A stretch of DNA of 64,000 nt, taken from Sphyrna mokarran. Its lineage: Eukaryota. This document shows, one piece after another, positions 36,813 to 49,273 of the stretch; positions within the stretch are counted from its first letter, which is position 1; every line of letters begins with the position of its first letter. Both the position numbers and the translations under genes were made by a program. The stretch covers positions 20,894,001-20,958,000 of the forward strand of contig JAGIQG010000015.1 of assembly GCA_024679065.1 (NCBI GenBank), read 5' to 3'. The notes beneath the pieces were generated by a model. It ran no database searches. It worked only from the letters and a program-made list of their open reading frames with translations, and was not told the DNA's origin.

Positions 36813-37589
36813 TTAAATGTGAGCTCTTCTAAAAACCTGCCCATATCTGAACTTCAAGCAAGTCCTCTCTGGCCCTAATCTCTTTCCTCACTAACTCAAA
36901 GTGGCTCCCATCCTGACAGTGTTTCCAAATCCTTCTATGGTCAGGACCCTCCCTATCTGTATAACCTCATCCAGCCCCATATTCCTTTGCCATCTCTATG
37001 CTCCTCCAATTTTAACCTCGAGCATCTCTAACTTTAATCACTCCACCATTATAAGATGCTATAATAACTTGCATTTACATAGAAATGGGATAGACCATCC
37101 AGTCCATTGAAATCGCTCTGCTACTCAACCAGATCATGCCTGTTTGTTTATCTCAACACTTTACCATGCTATCTCCATGTTCATTGATGTCATTAGTCTT
37201 GTGAAATCTATTGATTTTTGCTTGCTCATTGACCAAGCTTCCACAGTCCTCTGGGATAGAGAATTCCAAAGAATCACCACCCTCTGAGTGAAGAAATTCC
37301 ATTTCATCTCGGTCTTAAGTAATCTGCTTCTTTGATCCTGATATTATACCTCCAGATTTTAAATTGCCAGCCAAAGGAAACATCTTATCTACACCCAGCC
37401 TGTCACAACTGTCAGAATTCTGTAGGATTTGATGAAGTCACCTCTCATTCTTCAAAACTCTAGGAATGCCAACATAGTCTGCCCAATCTCTCCTCAGAAG
37501 ATAATCCCACCACCTGTGGATTCATCTGTTGAGCCTCCGTTGCACTCCTTCAGTGGCAAGTATATTGTTCTTTAGATAAGGGTATCCAG

Positions 37590-38190
37590 ATCACTGACAA
37601 CCTGTCCTGGTCCCCCCATGCTGACACTATAGTTAAGAAAGCCCACCAACACCCCTACTTTCTCAGATGACTAATGAAATTTGGTACGTCAGCTATGACT
37701 CTGACCAACTTTTACAAATGCAACATAGAAAACATTCTTTTTTTGTTGCATCACAGCTTGGTATGACTCCTACTCTGCCCAAGATCACAAGGAACTACAA
37801 TAGGCGTGAATGTAGCTCAATCCATCGTGCAAACCAGCCTTCCATCCACTCACTCCATCTACACATCCCACTGCCTCGGCAAAGCAGCCAGCATCATTAA
37901 GGACCACTCGCACCCCGGACATTCTTTCTTCCACTTTCTTCCTTCGGAAAAAAGATACAAAATGTAGTAACCAACTCAAAAACAGCTTCTTCCTGCTGCT
38001 GTCAGACTTTTGAATGAACTTATCTTGCATTAAGTTGATCTTTCTTTACACCATAGCTTTGACTGTAACACTACATTCTGCACTCTCTCATTTCCTTCTC
38101 TATGAACAGTATGTTTTGTCAGTACAGTGAAAACAACACTTTTCACTGTATGTTAACACATGTGACAATAATAAATCAATTCAGTTCAAA
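37590..38190 (+). mobile_element. Rex1/Babar LINE 3' fragment nested in CR1
   Basis: Sense copy ending TTTTCACTGTATGTTAACACATGTGACAATAATAAATCAATTCAG. Confidence 0.85.
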
Positions 38191-38619
38191 ACAGCATTGT
38201 AGACAATACTCCAGGTGAGGTCTCACCAAATCTCCATACAACTGCAATAAGATTTCTTTCCACCTGCACTGAAGTAATCTTATGATCAAATACTATTTCT
38301 CTTCCTAATAGCATGCAGGTGCAGCTAGCAAACTTTTAGTGAATCATGAACCAGGACGCTCTCGTTCCTTTGGACACCAGCACTTCCCAACTGCTCACCA
38401 TTTCAGAAACATTCTGCCTTTTAGTTTTTTCTATCTAAGTGAATAACTTCACACTTATTCACATTATATTCTATCAGTCATGTTCCAACCCCGTCACTTA
38501 ATCTAGCCAAACCCTCATGAAACCTCCTTCATCCTCTTCACAACTTGCATTCCGCCCAGTTTGGCGTCATCAACAAATTTGGAAATGTTGCAAATGGTCC
38601 CCACATCCAAATAATCAAA

Positions 38620-38790
38620 TTAAAAGCAAAGTATTGCACATGCTGGAATCTGAAGCAAAAACAGAAAAATGCTGGAAAATCTCAGCAGGTCTGACAGCAT
38701 CAATGGAGAGAGAGTAGAATCAATGTTTCAAGTCTAGATGACCCTTCGTCAGCTCCGACGAAAGGTCATCTAGACTCGCAACGTTGGCTC
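38620..38790. mobile_element. Second Penelope-like family copy with 5' inversion
   Basis: Same family as 33428; palindromic junction at 38721-38790; TSD TCCAAATRATCAA (38606-38618, 38789-38801). Confidence 0.75.
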
Positions 38791-40894
38791 CAAATGATCA
38801 ATATAGATTGTGCACCTAGCACTGATCCTTGCCATCCTGGCCTATCATCCTGAGAATGATCCTTTTATTCCTACTCTCTGCTTTCTGTTTGTTAGTTAAT
38901 TCTTAATTCATGCTGGTATATTTCTCCCTAACCCAAGGCCTCTAATTTTATTTATCAAAAGCCTTCTGAAGATCCTACTATATTGCATCCACTGGTTCTG
39001 CTCTATCAATGCTACAAGTAATAACCTCAAGAAATTCCAAGTTTGTCAAAATGATTTCTCTTTCATAAATCCATGTTGACTCTGCCAATTTTACCATTCC
39101 TTTCTCAATGTCCAATTGTCACATTCTTTATAATAGATTCTAACATTTTCCTTACTACTGATGTCAAACTAGTAGGTCTTGCAGCCCTCCATTCTCCTTC
39201 TTCCCCCTTTTTAAATAGTGGAATAACATTTAACTATTTTCAATTTGCAGGAACCTTTCCAGAATATATAGGGCATGATTTTCCTGGCTCGCCGTGGTGC
39301 TTCAGTAGGGCAGCAAGCCAGGAAATATCAGCAGGGAGGCTAAAGCGGGTATGATTTCATCCAGTGTTAACAGTGTACCTCACCTCCTTTCCCATTTGCC
39401 TATCTCTCCTAAATGCCGAATATCCTTGGATTTTCAGTTTTCAGTCTTGGTCAGCTTGTAGCCAGATCTCCGTAATAGCAATTAAATCGTAGCCATCTAC
39501 CTTAATTTTTGCATTCAAATCATTTACATTTTTGTGAACATTATGCGCATTCTGAGAGAGTGTCTTTAGTTCTGTCTTTTTAACATTATTCTCAATTCAG
39601 ATCTTATTTGATGCCATTTATGTTTCTTCTGTCTTCTATTTTTTGCCGTCTACTTTCCTACTTCCCTTTATTAGTATTGTTTCCCTGAGTCTAAGCTCCC
39701 TTTCAGATTCCCTCTCCTCTGCCGATCTGGTTTAAACATAGCTGCACCAGCAAACCTCTCAGCAAGGCTGTTGCCCTGGTCTGGGTAAGTACCAGCTGTC
39801 CCAGAACCAATTTCAGTGCCTCAGAAATCTGATGCCCTCTCTCCTACACCTTTCTCTAACCATGTGTTCAATTGCTGAATGCTCCTCTTGTGTTTGTTAG
39901 CATGGGGAACTGGAAATAAACCAGAAATTACTACTTTACAGGTCCTGCTTTTCAATCTGCTTCCTAGTTCCTTTAATTCTGCTTTCAGGATCTCATCCTC
40001 CTGTCCAAGTAACTGGTACCAACGTGACATCCTTGGCCGCAGCATTAAGGAGATAACGTACCATGCTGTAGTCACGTCCACAATCACAAAAATGCCTGTC
40101 TGTTTCTCTAATAAATTACCTTCACTACTGCTTTACCCCCTTTCTTTTTCCCTGCCTATACAGCTGAACTGCTCATGGAAGAACTTGACTTTGGTTATGT
40201 TCCTCCAACGCCCTCACCAGTATCCAATATGAAAATGCGCAGGCAGAACCTCAGGGGAGTGCTGCACTACCTCCCTCGATCTTGTGGACTGTCTGGCAGT
40301 CACCCATTCCCTTTATGCCTGAATACTCCTAGCCTTCAGTGTGACCACCTCTCTGAATGTATTGTCCACATAACTCTCTGCCTCGTGGGTGTGCCACACT
40401 GACTCGCATAGTCATTTCAGCCGAAACCCAGAGCTCATGTTTCTGCAGATGGTCACACTTCCTGCACATATAACCATCTAGGTCACTATAGCATCCATGA
40501 CTCCCCACATACTACAGAACATGCATACCACATGTTTAAGTTGCCCTGCCAAGCCCCATCTTTACTTCACTTGTGTTAACTTTATTTTATTTCAAATTAT
40601 GTTCATTTTATTTGGCCTTATGTTAATAAATTGAGAAATTTGTACTTGACTTGTAATGAGAAAGGGGTCTATAGTCTTTAACCGTGATTCACGAGAAACT
40701 GAAATTAAGAAGCACGGTCACACACAATGGCTCTCCACTTCCTCAAAAAGTTAAAATGGTGGAATGGACAGATTGGTTAATCTATATTCAGTAAGGGGAT
40801 CAATAAATATGGAATTAACATAATTGAGCTACAGATTAGCTTCGATCTAATTGAATGGCCAAACAAGCTCAAAAAGCTGAATAGCCCCTTATTA

Positions 40895-41170
40895 CTTGCC
40901 ATCAATAGTGCTGAAATCCTCATTGATATTTGCACTCATTGTTTCTAGACTTGATTTTTCCAATGCACTCCTAGCTGATTCCCACATTCTATCCTCTGTA
41001 AATTCCAGCTCATCTGAAAATCTGCTGCCAGTGTCTTAAGTTGGGCCAAGTCTTGATCCTTCTCTCATCTTTGTGCATGGAGACTTACATTGGTTTCTGG
41101 TCAAACACGATTTTGATTTTAAGATGCTCAGCTTTTGTTTTCAAATCCCCCCATTGCCTTGTCCCTTTCT
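40895..41170 (+). mobile_element. L2-like LINE fragment
   Basis: Decayed SRLD.SNALLA...KFQLI*KSAA...LHWFLVKH..FKML motif typical of the L2 ORF2 C-terminus. Confidence 0.55.
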
Positions 41171-42078
41171 ATGGGTAGGATTTTCTGATTGCGTTTACCC
41201 CGAAACCGGAAAACCCCACCTGAGGTCAGCAGACCTTTCCATGGTCCGCCCCTTGCCTGCTCCTACTCCCATGGCGTAAGAAATGGGAAAATTTGCTCCC
41301 CCATCTCTTCTAATCCCTTCCAGATCTCCAGCCCTCCAAAATAGCTGTGTTTCTCTGCTTCCACCAGATTTTGATCCGCTATTGGTGGCTGCAGCTATAG
41401 TCACCAAGAGTGGAATTTTCTCAAAAGTGTCATTTCCAGCAAGAAAATTTGTGCAATTCCTGTGACCCCCGGGTGGCATGATTCAGAAAGCTATCTTCAA
41501 GCATGTGAAAAACACCACACCTGAGAAGCGAGGCATTTGATTGTAACTCTGTAAATAAATGCTTATAAAGGTGTGTGAAGATTGACTCCAGTTCTATTGT
41601 TCACTTGCCTGAGATATCTTATTTTTTGGGGTCTCATCCATCCAGCCCCTTAGTCCTGCTTACCTCAATCTCATCACATCTTCCCCTCACCTCACAGCCC
41701 CGCACCCCACTGGTGGCCCGTATCCCCATCCACTAACAGCTTACTAACGCAGTGTTATTGAACCACACTAACAATTTGGCAGCAGACTGACACACTGCTC
41801 TATGAAAATTACACAGTCGGCAGTAGGCTTCAGATCAACACACCCCAGATGTAACCTTCATCTTGGAGACCACCCTTGTCCCCACCTCCCACACCTCTGC
41901 CAGAAGTTGGTGGAGAGGGATGATCACTTCTTTCCTCTCTCTCAAAGATCATGGTGCCTGGTTCCAGTTTTTCAAAACCAGTCATAATTTGCATCTGCAT
42001 GACATCATGCCTGGTGGGTGGGATGACTCAGTGAGGTCTGGTGATATCCTCGCTAAGTATATAGTAATGGATTCACGG

Positions 42079-42356
42079 AATCATAGAACCCTACAGTGCA
42101 GAAGGAGGCCATTTGGCTCATCGTGTCTGCTCTGATCACAATCCTACCCAGTTCCTATCCACACAACGCTTGTGCATTTGCCCTGACTGGTTCCCCTGAC
42201 ACTAAAGGGCAATTTAGCATAGCCAATTCACCTAACCTGCACATTTTTGGACTGTGGGAGGAAACTGGAACATCTGGAGAAAACCCACGCAGATGTGGAG
42301 AGAGAGCGTGCAAACTCTACACAGTTACCCGAGGCAGCAATACTAACTACTGAGCC
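42079..42356 (-). mobile_element. HE1-like SINE, CR1-type tail
   Basis: Family match. Confidence 0.85.
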
Positions 42357-42722
42357 AAATTGATGGAAATCAGATTTATGCTGTTGTTCTGTGTGAACAT
42401 AGTCTTGCCATCTGGGAGTGCCCAGGAAGATCGCAGTGGGAAATCTTACTGACACAAGTCTTGTTTTTGGCCTCTCGCGATGATTTGCACCCACAGCTAA
42501 CGGGCCTAGGCTACAAACTCCTTCCCACCTCCCTACCACGCTTTCTTCACTTTAAACCTATCTCTTTGACCAAACTTTTGGTTATCTGATCCAGTATTTT
42601 CTAATGTGACTTGGTGTCATTTTTTTATAATGTTTCCATGAAACATTTTGAAGCACTACATAAATATGAGCTACTGCTATCTAATACTATATAGTTGATG
42701 GGCACTAACTGGGGATCACTTG

Positions 42723-43720
42723 TGTTACAATAAATAAATACGGACAGAAGCAGTGGATGTCGGTTAAGAGGTGCATACTTGCAGTGTGTAAATAAATGTT
42801 TATAATGGTATGTGGAGATTGGCTCCAGTTCTATCCTTCGCCACCTATTCTTCTGGAATATAATATGGTGCGCCAAAAGGTGAAGGCTGCAAACTATAGC
42901 TTTCCATTTGAAATTGGTTTAAATACTTGTGATTAGAAAATGGCAGAAAGCATGTGTAAAGTGGTAAAGTTTGATTACCCTCCCGTGATTGGAAGGATGA
43001 AGTGGACATATCGACACAGGTTATACTCCTTCCAAAGAGGAAATTAGATATGGCCCTGGTCATTGTTACTTTCCAGAAGTAAAATCATAAGTGAAATATT
43101 TTCTGAGATGGGGGCCCATCAGTTGAATGGTGACGAAGCTTTGGACCTTTTTTTGGAATCTTGGATTGAATTAGCATGAATGATAATTTGATAAATGCCT
43201 ATGAAGCCTGGTCAAACTTTGATAGATCTCAATAAACAAATGGCTATTCAGTGGAAGAATAGATCATGGACTTCAATACATTAGATATAAAAGATTAGCA
43301 CCATTTGGGGATTCCTGGATCGATACTAGCATTTAAATTTCTCAGAATTGTGCTGAGGTGTTTGATGTGGATAGGATAATGGTTCCTTCTGTTGAATCTG
43401 ATGTCTGCTGCCTTGAAAAAATTCTGGCAAAGGAATTATTTACTTCCACCTTCATGGAACAAATGGGACAAAAGAAATAGAAGAAACATTGTCAGATTTT
43501 AAAATGGTCCATAATGCTGGCTGTAGGTAATACTACAGTGAAAGAACTAAAGACAGACAGAATGAAGATGGAAACGTATTTAGCAGATTATGCCTATTAC
43601 AGCGGAAAACTGAATTGGAACAGCAGTAATGGACAAACATACGCCCAAGGAATAGTTACTCGGTGCTTCGGACATGACTAAGGTACCATTTTTTTTGGTG
43701 AACTGTTCAAAGCAGAGGTA
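42723..43720 (+). mobile_element. Decayed LTR retrotransposon: short 5' LTR, PBS-like TGG and gag pseudogene
   Basis: TGTTA...TAATA (42723-42865) with AATAAA, then TGGTG. ATG at 42940. Frameshifted DWKDEVDISTQV..LPKRKLDMALV, NAYEAWSNFDR..GYSVEE*IMDFN, IPGSILAFKFL, and a broken zinc knuckle RCFG..YHF..NC near 43660-43710. Confidence 0.6.
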
Positions 43721-45627
43721 CAGTTTTTTATCTTAGAAGAGTTGTATGTTTTTCCAAAGTCAAGCTTATTGTTTGTGCTTTTTTTTTATTGAATGAAATG
43801 GAGCATTTACAATGGACAAGGGCAGAGCCAATTCCAGAATCAGCATTGTACATAGAATTGGAAATTTGGACATTCCTCACATGTTGGACAGTTCATTTGA
43901 TGCCAGCGAATAGATCGGAAGTGTTGTCTAGTCACTTTCCATCCATCTTTCATAGGGAAGAGCATGTTGGTGATGATATAAATTATGATTGCTACAGGGC
44001 TATAACAACAGCTGTCCATTTGAATTCACAGCCCCAGTCGAATGATTCACAGTCATCTAACTTCAGTGTCAAACTTTTCCAATGTGTGCATTGATGTCTC
44101 CTAAAAGAAAGCTGTTTTTACTTCAATAATTGGTCAAGGTCATTGTAGACTCGCTCCCTGTTCATAACTTATAAATAAATACTGACGAAGGTGCCAAATT
44201 CTGTTGGATATATTAGTGTCTGAACAGATGTGAGTTTTTCCCGAGTGATTATTAGGTGCATCAGTTTCTTAGCCAATCTATTCCTGAAGGCAAAAATTCA
44301 CTCAGCACTCACGTCTTGTCCCATTGAGCTTACCAGATTAGCAGAAGGTGTAGTAATTTAAAAGTATGGGTTTGGATATAAAGCAGAGTAGGTTTGGCGT
44401 TTTTGGAGTCCAGTTTTTGGAGAGTGCTGCTTCCATCCCAGTTAATTACGCTAGAGTCACCATAAAAGAGTGATGTTACATCTAAAGGAGTGACAGAGCA
44501 ACTGTCACGCCTGGTTGGACACTTGGCCTGGACAGGATGCCAATTTTGATGTGTTGGAGTTAAGTAGTTTAGTGAAACATTTAAGGTGGGGATTTTATGA
44601 CCTCACTCATCCCGACACCGTAAAATCCCGCCCGAGGTCAACGGACCTTCCCAAGCTCTGCCCCACGCCTACTACGATTCTGGTGGTGGAATTTAAAAAG
44701 ACTTTAAATTCTAGTCTTAAAGTCAAGAATGTTTGAGGACAAATTTTTAAAAAATTAAATGTGGAGAAGTATGTAGTTCACATACGTAGGTGACCCAAAG
44801 AAATAACCTTACCATTTTTAAGAATGTTTCATATGCCAGTCTTGGTGCTGAGTATTTTGGTGCAGCTGTTTTCATAGTACTTTATTTTGTGTGAAATTGG
44901 AGAGTATTGCTCTTTTTGTTTTAGAAGCTAAGGAAATAAAAAGGTTTTCATAGTACTTGAGCTACTGAAATGCTAACTTAGCGGAGGCAATGAGTATGGA
45001 ATTCTCTTTGTCAAATATTTTAAGTCAGATTCTGCACACTGAATGTATTGAAGAGAGGGGACCCTTTGGATAGAACATAGAACACTACAGCACAAATAGG
45101 CCCTTCGGCTCACAAGTTGCGTCGATCATATCCATACCTACCATGCCATTGAACTATCTGTAACTCCCAATCCCATTAAATCCCATATACTCATCCAGAA
45201 GTCTATTGTTGCTGTGATCCATTTACAAATTCCCAGACTGGGAATGGTGTTTAATTCTGGAAGCAGCGAATTGTCCGATTGACGAAAGTGGGCGGAAAAC
45301 AGAAATGGAATATTATAACATCTGTCCCTGGAAATTGAGCTATTACTATGTGAATATTTATTCAGTTAAGAAAATAAAAAGTGTTTTAATAGTACTATGG
45401 CTGCTGAAACACTAACTTAATGGAGGCAATATATATAGGATGCTATTAGTCAAATGATTTGAATGAGATTCTGCATTTTGAAGAGAGACCACTCACTGAA
45501 TAATCATTCATTTTGGGGCAATGTAAATTCTATGAAAAATGTGAGTGCGAAATATGTATGGAATCACTTTGTTGGCTTGAAACGAATTTGAGGGAGGAAG
45601 CAAAAATTAAATGGCTAGATCAAGGCA

Positions 45628-45953
45628 GGGGCAGCCCGATGGCATAGGGGTTAGCACTGCTGCCCCGCAGCGCCAGGGACTCAGGTTCTATTCCAGTCTC
45701 AGGTCACTGTTTGTGTGGAGTTTCCACATTCTCCCCACGTCTGGGTGGGTCTCCTCCCGGGTGGTCTGGTTTTCTCCCACAGTCCAAAGATGTGCAGGCT
45801 AGGTTGATTGGCCAGGATAAGTTGACCCCAGTGTCGGGGGACTAGTAGGTTAATATGGGGGAGGCGGTTACAGGAATAGGGCCTGTGTGGAATTGTGATT
45901 GGTGCAGACTCGTTCGCTGAATGGTCTCCTTCTGCACCGTAGGGATTCTGTGA
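45628..45953 (+). mobile_element. HE1-like SINE, CR1-type tail
   Basis: Family match, full length. Confidence 0.85.
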
Positions 45954-46153
45954 TTTGAAGTCTTCAACTGCCTGATTTGTTTTACTAAAATAATAGCATA
46001 CATAATTGCATACATTGTTAGGTGTCCTGGTAGAGAAGCAGCTCACGATGTTATACTTTGTAAAGAATGTTTAATTTATTTTGAAATTTTGATTATACAT
46101 ATAAATTCTAATTTTTATTTGAAGAGAGAAGGGAATCTTATTAATTGTGTGCA

Positions 46154-46303
46154 CAGTATGAAGTCTCACATGAGTGATTCACCTCATGAAGGAGTGGTGC
46201 TCCGAATGCTTCTGATACCAAGTAAGCCTGTTGGATTTTAACCTGGTGTTGTGAAATTTTTTGCTATGCCCACACCAGTATCAACTCCAGCATCTCCTCA
46301 TCA
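46154..46303 (+). mobile_element. Miniature Penelope-derived element (degenerate hammerhead)
   Basis: CACCTCATGAAGGAGTGGTGCTCCGAATGCTT; TSD TTATTAATTGTGTRCA at 46138-46153 and 46304-46319. Confidence 0.75.
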
Positions 46304-47102
46304 TTATTAATTGTGTACAAGTAGTTGGCATTCACTTCAGCTGCAATAAATCAACACAGATTGAATTATTGTGTTCAGAGATGCACACTTGTCAGTTATA
46401 ACTGTAAATAAATGTATGTAGAAGTGTGTAAAGATTGGCTCCGGTACTGTCCTTCATCAAATATCTTTTTACAATGTATTAACCCCGTGTCCTATTACTT
46501 GATCTTTCATGGAGTTTTAGAGAGAAATATTTTTAAGTGTGCCTCTGTTGCAACATCTCTCTGCGAATTTGCATGTACTGTTTTCATTACTTTCTCATTT
46601 CATGTTATATGAACACATAACTTTATGAGGGTGTACATTCTGACATGCTCACACAATATAGACTCATGGGGGCAGAATTTTATGCTCTCGCTCATCCCGA
46701 AACCATAAGATTCCACACAAGGTCAACAGATAATTCCATTGTCCACCCCTCACCTGCACCGATCTCCATGACAGGACGGTAAAATTTCAGCAATGAAGTA
46801 TAAAGTCTAAATAGATTTTTTTTTAAAAACGTGATTGAGAGGTCAGATGGTCTTGTCTCCCCTGTCAATTACTTCCCCTCACTGAGTTATATCTCAACAA
46901 TGTCATTAAAACGCAGTTGAGCTTTTTGGACTTATGTTGGAGAACTAACCTTCCTTGGTTAATAACTGCCCTTTCCAAGTAATTAAGTATACTTGTTTAA
47001 CAATACTGTTTGAAAACTTGAGAACTAAAGTTGAAATCCAGAGAATGATTGTGAAAAACCTCTTAATCACCACAATGGTATGTGAATGGATTATACTCAG
47101 AG

Positions 47103-47545
47103 AGTCATAGAGACTTACAGCATGGAAACAGGTCCTTTGGCCCAACTTATCCATACCATCCTTTTTTTTAAACCCCTAAGCTAATCCCAATTGCCCACGT
47201 TTGGTCCATATCCCTCTATACCCATCTTACCCATGTAACTGTCTAAATGTTTTTTAAAAGACAAAATTGTACCTGCCTCTACTACTACCTCTGGCAGCTT
47301 GTTCCAGACACTTACCATCTTCTATGTGAAAAAATTGACCCTTTAGACCCTTTTGTTTCTCTCCCCTCTCACCTTAAACCTAACCCTCTAGTTTTAGGCT
47401 CCTTTACCTTTGGGAAAAAGTATTGACTATCTAGCTCAACTGAGCCCCTCATTATTTCGTAGACCTCCGAAAGATCACCCCTCTGTCTTCTGCACTTCAG
47501 AGGAAAAAGTCCTAGTTTATCCAGCCTCTTCTTATAACTCAGAAC
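47103..47545 (-). mobile_element. CR1 LINE 3' fragment
   Basis: ORF 47369-47587 SYKKRLDKLGLFPLKCRRQRGDLSEVYEIMRG. Confidence 0.85.
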
Positions 47546-47597
47546 TAAACTTGTAATTTCAAATGTTTCAAAAGAATGGTACAGCAAATAAAGTTTT

Positions 47598-47887
47598 TAA
47601 AGTTAAAGTTTATTCTATTAATGTCACATGTAGGCTTACATTAACACTGCAATGAAATTACTGTAAACATCCTGTTTGGGTACACTGAGGGAGAATTTAG
47701 CATGGCCAATGCACCTAACCAACATGTCTTTCGAACTATGGGAAGAAACCAGAGCACGTGGTGGAAGCTCGTGCATACACTGAGAGAATGTGCAGACTCT
47801 GCACAGACAGTGACCCAAGCCAGGAATCAACTCGGGTCCTAGGCACTGTGAAGCAGCAGTGCTAATCACTGTTGCACTATGCTGCCC
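47598..47887 (-). mobile_element. V-domain SINE, Rex-type tail
   Basis: Family match. Confidence 0.85.
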
Positions 47888-48255
47888 ATAGGAGCACCAC
47901 TAGAATTGTATTGAATTTATTTATAAAATGGTACAGTTTTAATTTTATCAGTCACATATTATATGTTGCATCATTAGCTTATCAATGACATTGTTAGCAA
48001 GATATGTCTGGGGTATCACATGTCAAAACAGGTGCAATTTCTTTATCTCTACTGCCAGAGTTATTTTAGACTGTCAATGAACCATGGAAATTGATGTAAC
48101 TTTTGTAAAGAAGCCAGCAACTGAAACAAGCTCAGAGTTGCTTTTTGAAATTTCTACAAAGGATCGCTGTTTTGAAGTAGAAATTGATCAAAAGTTGGAA
48201 TATGCGCCCACTCAGAAGTCTGTAAATCTCCTTCAGTGTTTTTAAAGTTTTTTTT

Positions 48256-48751
48256 AAGAGCTTATTATTAACGTCATAGGTAGGCTTACATTAACACTGC
48301 AATGCAGTTACTGTGAAAATTCACTAGTCATCACACTTCACAGCCTATTCAGGTACACTGAGGGAGAATCTGGCATGGTCAATGCACCCAACCAGAACAT
48401 CTTTCAGACTGTGGGAGGAAACTAGAGCACCCGGAGGAAACTCATGCAGACGCTAGGGCAACATGTAATAGTGACTCAATCTGGGAATCAAACCTGGGTT
48501 CCTGGTACTGTGAGGCAGCAGTGCTAATCACTGTGCAGTGTATCAGTGTGCACAATCTCCCTGTGTCTGCATGGGTTTTCTCCAGGTGCTCCAGTTTCCT
48601 CTGACTGTCCAAAAAACGTAGAGATTAGGTGTATGCTAAATACTCTCCCAGTGTACCTGAACAGGCGCTGGAGTGTGGCAACTTGGGGATTTTCACAGCA
48701 ACTTCATTGTAGTATTAATGTCAGCCTACTTGTGACCAATAAATAAACTTT
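48256..48751. mobile_element. Two adjacent inverted V-domain SINEs with Rex-type tails (48256-48536 minus; 48546-48751 plus)
   Basis: Family match in opposite orientations. Confidence 0.85.
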
Positions 48752-49273
48752 GCACCTCAGAGTATATCTCATATGACGTTCTTCCCAAACACTAAAGCTT
48801 GCACAATATGACTAATTGACGGGCGAGTAGCGTGCAGAAAGCAACCTAATGTAATGTCACATTACAGTAAATGAACACAAAAAAAATCTATGCTTTATTT
48901 TAAGAAAGTGCTTCACCCAACAAAAGTTTACCTTGTGTTTTCAGATCAGTAACTTTCTGAGTTTAGGAACTTTGACTCACTGACATGCTTATATCAAGCC
49001 ACAGTTGGTGTGGGTTTTTTTTGGAGGCGGGGAATTTATTGAAATTTTACTTTGAGGCAAAGCACAATTGTGTATCTGACAAGTGCCCTGACTTTCCACC
49101 TTTCTTCAGTTCAAGTTGAATAAAACCCTCAAGAAGCCAGTTAACCTTGCTGGTTATCCTTGAAATGCAAAATTAAGAACTTCTTTTGTAAAACCTTATG
49201 ATGCATTAATAATTTTGAGTCAAATTAAGTGATACTTTTTTTTAACTTTGGCAGTTAGTTGACTCACGACAGG

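Larger units (their letters stand above)
37078..40560 (-). mobile_element. Decayed near-full-length CR1 LINE with nested Rex/Babar, Penelope and MITE insertions
   Basis: 3' end near 37078; RT-region remnants at 38190-39270; ORF1 SGNH-esterase-like ELGSRLKSRTCKVVISGLFPVPHAN...IQQLNTWLEK (ORF 39821-40087). Confidence 0.7.

Noticed and set aside
45628-45700. tRNA-like sequences at SINE 5' ends
   Set aside because: They have A/B boxes but no complete cloverleaf; they are SINE heads, not tRNA genes.
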